Shown here: positions 60,913 to 64,000 of the stretch, one piece after another | Numbering within the stretch: the stretch's first letter is position 1 | Layout of the letters: the number at the start of each line of letters is the position of its first letter | Assembly: GCA_963820825.1 (NCBI GenBank) | Contig: CAWGBN010000008.1 | Span: 288,001-352,000, forward strand | Length of the DNA stretch: 64,000 nt | Direction of reading: 5' to 3' | Source of the DNA: Vulcanimicrobiota bacterium | GTDB taxonomy: Bacteria > Vulcanimicrobiota > Vulcanimicrobiia > Vulcanimicrobiales > Vulcanimicrobiaceae | Made by a program: the position numbers and the translations under genes | Notes under the pieces: generated by a model | Database searches by the model: none | What the model saw: only the letters and a program-made list of their open reading frames with translations | Told to the model about the DNA's origin: nothing

Positions 60913-62142
60913 ATGAACGCATCGTTCAAACTTCTGGTGCCGCTCGCCGCAACGCTCGCAATCGTTGCATGCAATTCGGGCGGCTCTTCCAACATGCCGG
61001 CCTCCGCGGGAACCTCGACCTCGAACGGAACGTCGTCGCAAGTGCACTTCCCGCTGCACGGGCCGACGCCGTCGTGGATTGCAAAGGGCCTCGCCAAGGC
61101 CGCCTGTCCGCAAGTGACCGGTAAGCCGACGTGCCTCGCGCTCATTCAATCGAAGAGCGGAATCAATCCCATGGTCGCCGGCTGGGCACCGATCGATTTC
61201 CAGACGCGCTATCACCTGCCGTCGTCGACGAACGGCACCGGACAGATCGTCGCGATCGTCGATGCCTACGACAATCCGAACGTCGCATCCGACCTCGCGG
61301 CATATCGCAGTGAGTTCGGTCTGGGAACGGCCAACTTCTTCAAGTACAATCAGCTCGGTCAACAGAGCAACTATCCGTCGGGGAGCACCGGCTGGGGCGT
61401 CGAGATCGATCTCGACGTCGACATGGTCTCGGCGGTCTGTCCGAAATGCACCATCTATCTGATCGAAGCGAACGGTGCCGATTCGAGCGATCTCGAGGCC
61501 GCGGAGGCCGAAGCGGTAACGCTCGGCGCGCACATCATCAGCAACAGCTGGATCTGCTACGGCTCGGTGAGCTGCGTCGACTCGTCGTACTTCGATACGC
61601 CGCACGTGCTCTATCTGGCCGCGTCGGGCGATGTCGGCTATGACGAGAACGGCGCACCCGAGGCGCTCGCGAACGTCGTTTCGGTCGGCGGAACCGTGCT
61701 CGCGAAGAGCGGCTCGACCTACAGCGAAACGGTCTGGGACGGCGCGGGCGGCGGTTGCGCAACGGGCGTAACGAAACCGGCGTGGCAGCACGATCCGGAT
61801 TGTACGTCGCGTACCGACTCCGACGTCTCGGCGGTCGCGTGGCAGGTCGCCGAGTACGACACCTACGGCTACAGCGGATGGTTCACCGTCGGCGGCACGA
61901 GCGTCGCTTCGCCCTTGACCGCTGCGGTCTACGGGCTCAACGGTAACGCCGAGCACCGCCAGGCTGGGCGCCGCTTCTGGAATCTCACCAAGAAACGCCG
62001 CGCCTTGCAGCTCAACTACATCAGCAGCGGTAGCGACGGAAGCTGCGGCGGTGAGTATCTCTGCCAAGCCGGTACGAATCAGTTCGGAACCTACTCCGGC
62101 CCGGCCGGTTGGGGAACGCCGCTCGGCATCAAAGCCTACTAA
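60913..62142 (+). CDS. S53/S8-like peptidase lipoprotein
   Basis: IVAC lipobox, EIDLD, ASGDVG, GGTSVASP; AAGGAG RBS. Confidence 0.9.
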   Translation: MNASFKLLVPLAATLAIVACNSGGSSNMPASAGTSTSNGTSSQVHFPLHGPTPSWIAKGLAKAACPQVTGKPTCLALIQSKSGINPMVAGWAPIDFQTRYHLPSSTNGTGQIVAIVDAYDNPNVASDLAAYRSEFGLGTANFFKYNQLGQQSNYPSGSTGWGVEIDLDVDMVSAVCPKCTIYLIEANGADSSDLEAAEAEAVTLGAHIISNSWICYGSVSCVDSSYFDTPHVLYLAASGDVGYDENGAPEALANVVSVGGTVLAKSGSTYSETVWDGAGGGCATGVTKPAWQHDPDCTSRTDSDVSAVAWQVAEYDTYGYSGWFTVGGTSVASPLTAAVYGLNGNAEHRQAGRRFWNLTKKRRALQLNYISSGSDGSCGGEYLCQAGTNQFGTYSGPAGWGTPLGIKAY

Positions 62143-62149
62143 TAGGAAC

Positions 62150-63109
62150 TTAACGCTGCGGAGGGCCGCTGATCGCGACACCGTAGAGCGTCTCTCCGCG
62201 AATCCCCTGAGCGTGAAAGATCTTGACCGGCTTGCCGCCGTCGGGATAGGGCCAGCGTCCGACGAGCGTATCTTGTTGACCCGCGGTCGTAACGACGTCG
62301 CCGCCATCGAGCCAGAACGTAACGCCGCGATTTGCAAGTCCCTTGAGATGCGTGGTGCCGAGAACCGTCGCGCCGCTCGCCGTGACCCGTACGCGGTCGA
62401 TCGCGGCGAAACGCCGCGCGAACCCGCTATCCTCGATCGCGAGATTCGTTCCGTCGAATTCGACGCCGCCCGGGCGCACCAGCGGCGGGCTGAGCGTGAG
62501 GTTCGTCAGCGCGCTCGCGCCCTTCGCGAGCTCGGCGAGCTGGTAGCTCCCGTTCCCGTCGACGAAGAGATTCCCGTGCGTGTCGTAGCCACAGTACGCG
62601 ACGCTCATCTGCGAATCGAAGTAGCGCGTCGGCGAACCGCTCGCGTGCTTATAGACCGCGACGTTGTCGGCACCAGTCGTTCCTTGGTCGTAACTCGTCA
62701 CCGCAAGATCGCCGGTTATCGGATCGCTCGAACAGTCGGCGGCAACGTAGCCGTCGTCGCGCAGCGTCGCGATCGGGGTCGTGCCGCCGTGCGCGTACTC
62801 CTCGATGCGCGACGACGTCGCGCTCTCCTCGACCGAAAAGAAGACGTTGCCGTGCGTGTCGGCGCAGGCGCCCCAAACTTCGGCGGCGTTGGCGATGGTG
62901 AAGCTCCCGACGATGCCGCCGTGCGGGTAGTCAAAGACGAACGCGTGGCCCGCAATCGTGGCGACGTAGAGCAGCTGCGAATTCTTAACCTGCGTCCTCG
63001 TGTGGTCCGGCGGCGCGGCCGGCGACCGGGGGGTCGCCGCGATCGCGCCGCAGCCCGCGACCGTAAAAGCGAAAAGGGCCGCCGCAATGCGGTCGAAATT
63101 GCGAATCAC
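62150..63109 (-). CDS. Hypothetical lipoprotein, probable beta-propeller
   Basis: VAGC lipobox; repeated C.D..GN(V/L)F / D..TGDLAV / YD..GNLFVDG blade-like units. Confidence 0.75.
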   Translation of the reverse strand: MIRNFDRIAAALFAFTVAGCGAIAATPRSPAAPPDHTRTQVKNSQLLYVATIAGHAFVFDYPHGGIVGSFTIANAAEVWGACADTHGNVFFSVEESATSSRIEEYAHGGTTPIATLRDDGYVAADCSSDPITGDLAVTSYDQGTTGADNVAVYKHASGSPTRYFDSQMSVAYCGYDTHGNLFVDGNGSYQLAELAKGASALTNLTLSPPLVRPGGVEFDGTNLAIEDSGFARRFAAIDRVRVTASGATVLGTTHLKGLANRGVTFWLDGGDVVTTAGQQDTLVGRWPYPDGGKPVKIFHAQGIRGETLYGVAISGPPQR

Positions 63110-63181
63110 GTCGAGGTTATTGGCACTGGGCTCCGGGAAGCCTTCGCAAGTCCCCGAAGTCTCTTCCTAAAGGGAGCTTCC

Positions 63182-64000
63182 TTGAGCCTATCCTCAACGC
63201 GCGGAGCGTTGCTCGTTGCGACGCTCGCGGCGACGGCTTGCAGCGCCGGCCAAACCACCCTGCCGCTTGCAAGCGTTCAATCCTCCGGGGCGACGCGCGC
63301 CTGCAATGGGGACCGCGTGCACCTCGCGCAATGCGATCTGCTCCTCGAGCGACGGGGCGTCGGCCCGCGGGTCGCGGGCTGGACGGCAACCGATATCCAG
63401 ACCGCGTATAATTTTCCGTCGTCGCGAAAGGGCTACGGTCAGATCGTTGCAATCGTCGACGCGTTCGACAATCCCAAAGTGGCCTCGGATTTGGCCGCGT
63501 ATCGCTCCTATTTCGGGATGCCCAAAGCAAATTTCGCAAAGTACAATCAAGAGGGGAAGCAGAGCCACTATCCGCAGCACGCCAAAGGATGGGGCCAAGA
63601 GATCGATCTCGACGTCGACATGGTCTCTGCGGTCTGCCCGAATTGTACGATCTATCTTATTGAGGCGAAGACGAACTCGCCCACCAATCTCTATGCCGCC
63701 GAGCAGACGGCGGTGAAGCTCGGTGCGACGATCGTCAGCAATAGCTGGGGAGCCGGTGGCGGCTTTCCGTCGGGCGGCGCCTTCGATACGCCCGGCGTGA
63801 CATACGTTGCCAGCGCCGGCGACGATGGCTACGGCATGCAGGATCCGGCCGATTATGACGACGTCGTCTCGGTCGGTGGAACCGTTCTATCCAAGCACTC
63901 GGGAAAATACAGCGAGACTATCTGGGAAGATACCGGCGGCGGTTGTTCGGTTGAAAAGAAGCCGATTTGGCAGCACGATCCGCGTTGCCTGTATCGCACC
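63182..64000 (+). CDS. S53/S8-like peptidase lipoprotein, 5' part; runs off right edge
   Basis: Translated by hand from TTG 63182 after AGGGAG: ..ATAC..GQIVAIVDAFDNP..GWGQEIDLDVDM..SNSWG..ASAGDDG. Confidence 0.88.
   Translation, partial: MSLSSTRGALLVATLAATACSAGQTTLPLASVQSSGATRACNGDRVHLAQCDLLLERRGVGPRVAGWTATDIQTAYNFPSSRKGYGQIVAIVDAFDNPKVASDLAAYRSYFGMPKANFAKYNQEGKQSHYPQHAKGWGQEIDLDVDMVSAVCPNCTIYLIEAKTNSPTNLYAAEQTAVKLGATIVSNSWGAGGGFPSGGAFDTPGVTYVASAGDDGYGMQDPADYDDVVSVGGTVLSKHSGKYSETIWEDTGGGCSVEKKPIWQHDPRCLYRT

Noticed and set aside
60850..63170. Shared GGAAG-N~15-GCG(G)AAG upstream motif as an alternative-sigma promoter for the lipoprotein genes
   Set aside because: Seen convincingly at only about two sites, with inconsistent matches elsewhere; needs motif discovery or TSS data.
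22..63716. Many long antisense or alternative-frame ORFs (e.g. 1579..2757, 2687..4270, 47675..48838, 60874..62337)
   Set aside because: Shadow ORFs of GC-rich real genes; Arg/Ala-rich with no motifs. They recur only because the sense genes are paralogous.

Overview
GC-rich bacterial chromosome segment. Gene content and the expanded lipoprotein families suggest Ca. Eremiobacterota/Vulcanimicrobiota (inference, not a database result). The left ~25 kb is mostly housekeeping: S4 protein-whiA-gap-pgk-tpiA-gpmI, a small isolated set of flagellar-type genes (FliA-like sigma, FlgJ-N-like, FlgG-like, FlgB/C-like), lgt-yggS-sepF-divIVA-leuB, ccdA-lspA-rluA-tgt, DUF5693-csaB-ileS, and an exported truncated globin. 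The right ~39 kb is a secreted-hydrolase region. It holds 17 complete lipoprotein phosphoesterases of the AcpA/phospholipase C family (an 18th is cut by the left window edge), mostly in translationally coupled tandem arrays. It also holds four S53-like lipoprotein peptidases, M28 and S41 peptidases, and a type III PKS-sulfotransferase pair embedded among one phosphoesterase subfamily. tRNA-Val(TAC) has a small degraded AT-richer islet and a Flp pilin next to it. A short palindromic repeat (TGTCAYSCT-GAGCYTGTCGA-AGSRYGACA) recurs in-frame inside ileS and in lipoprotein N-termini, and at gene junctions. ileS carries a 1-nt frameshift, probably an assembly error.
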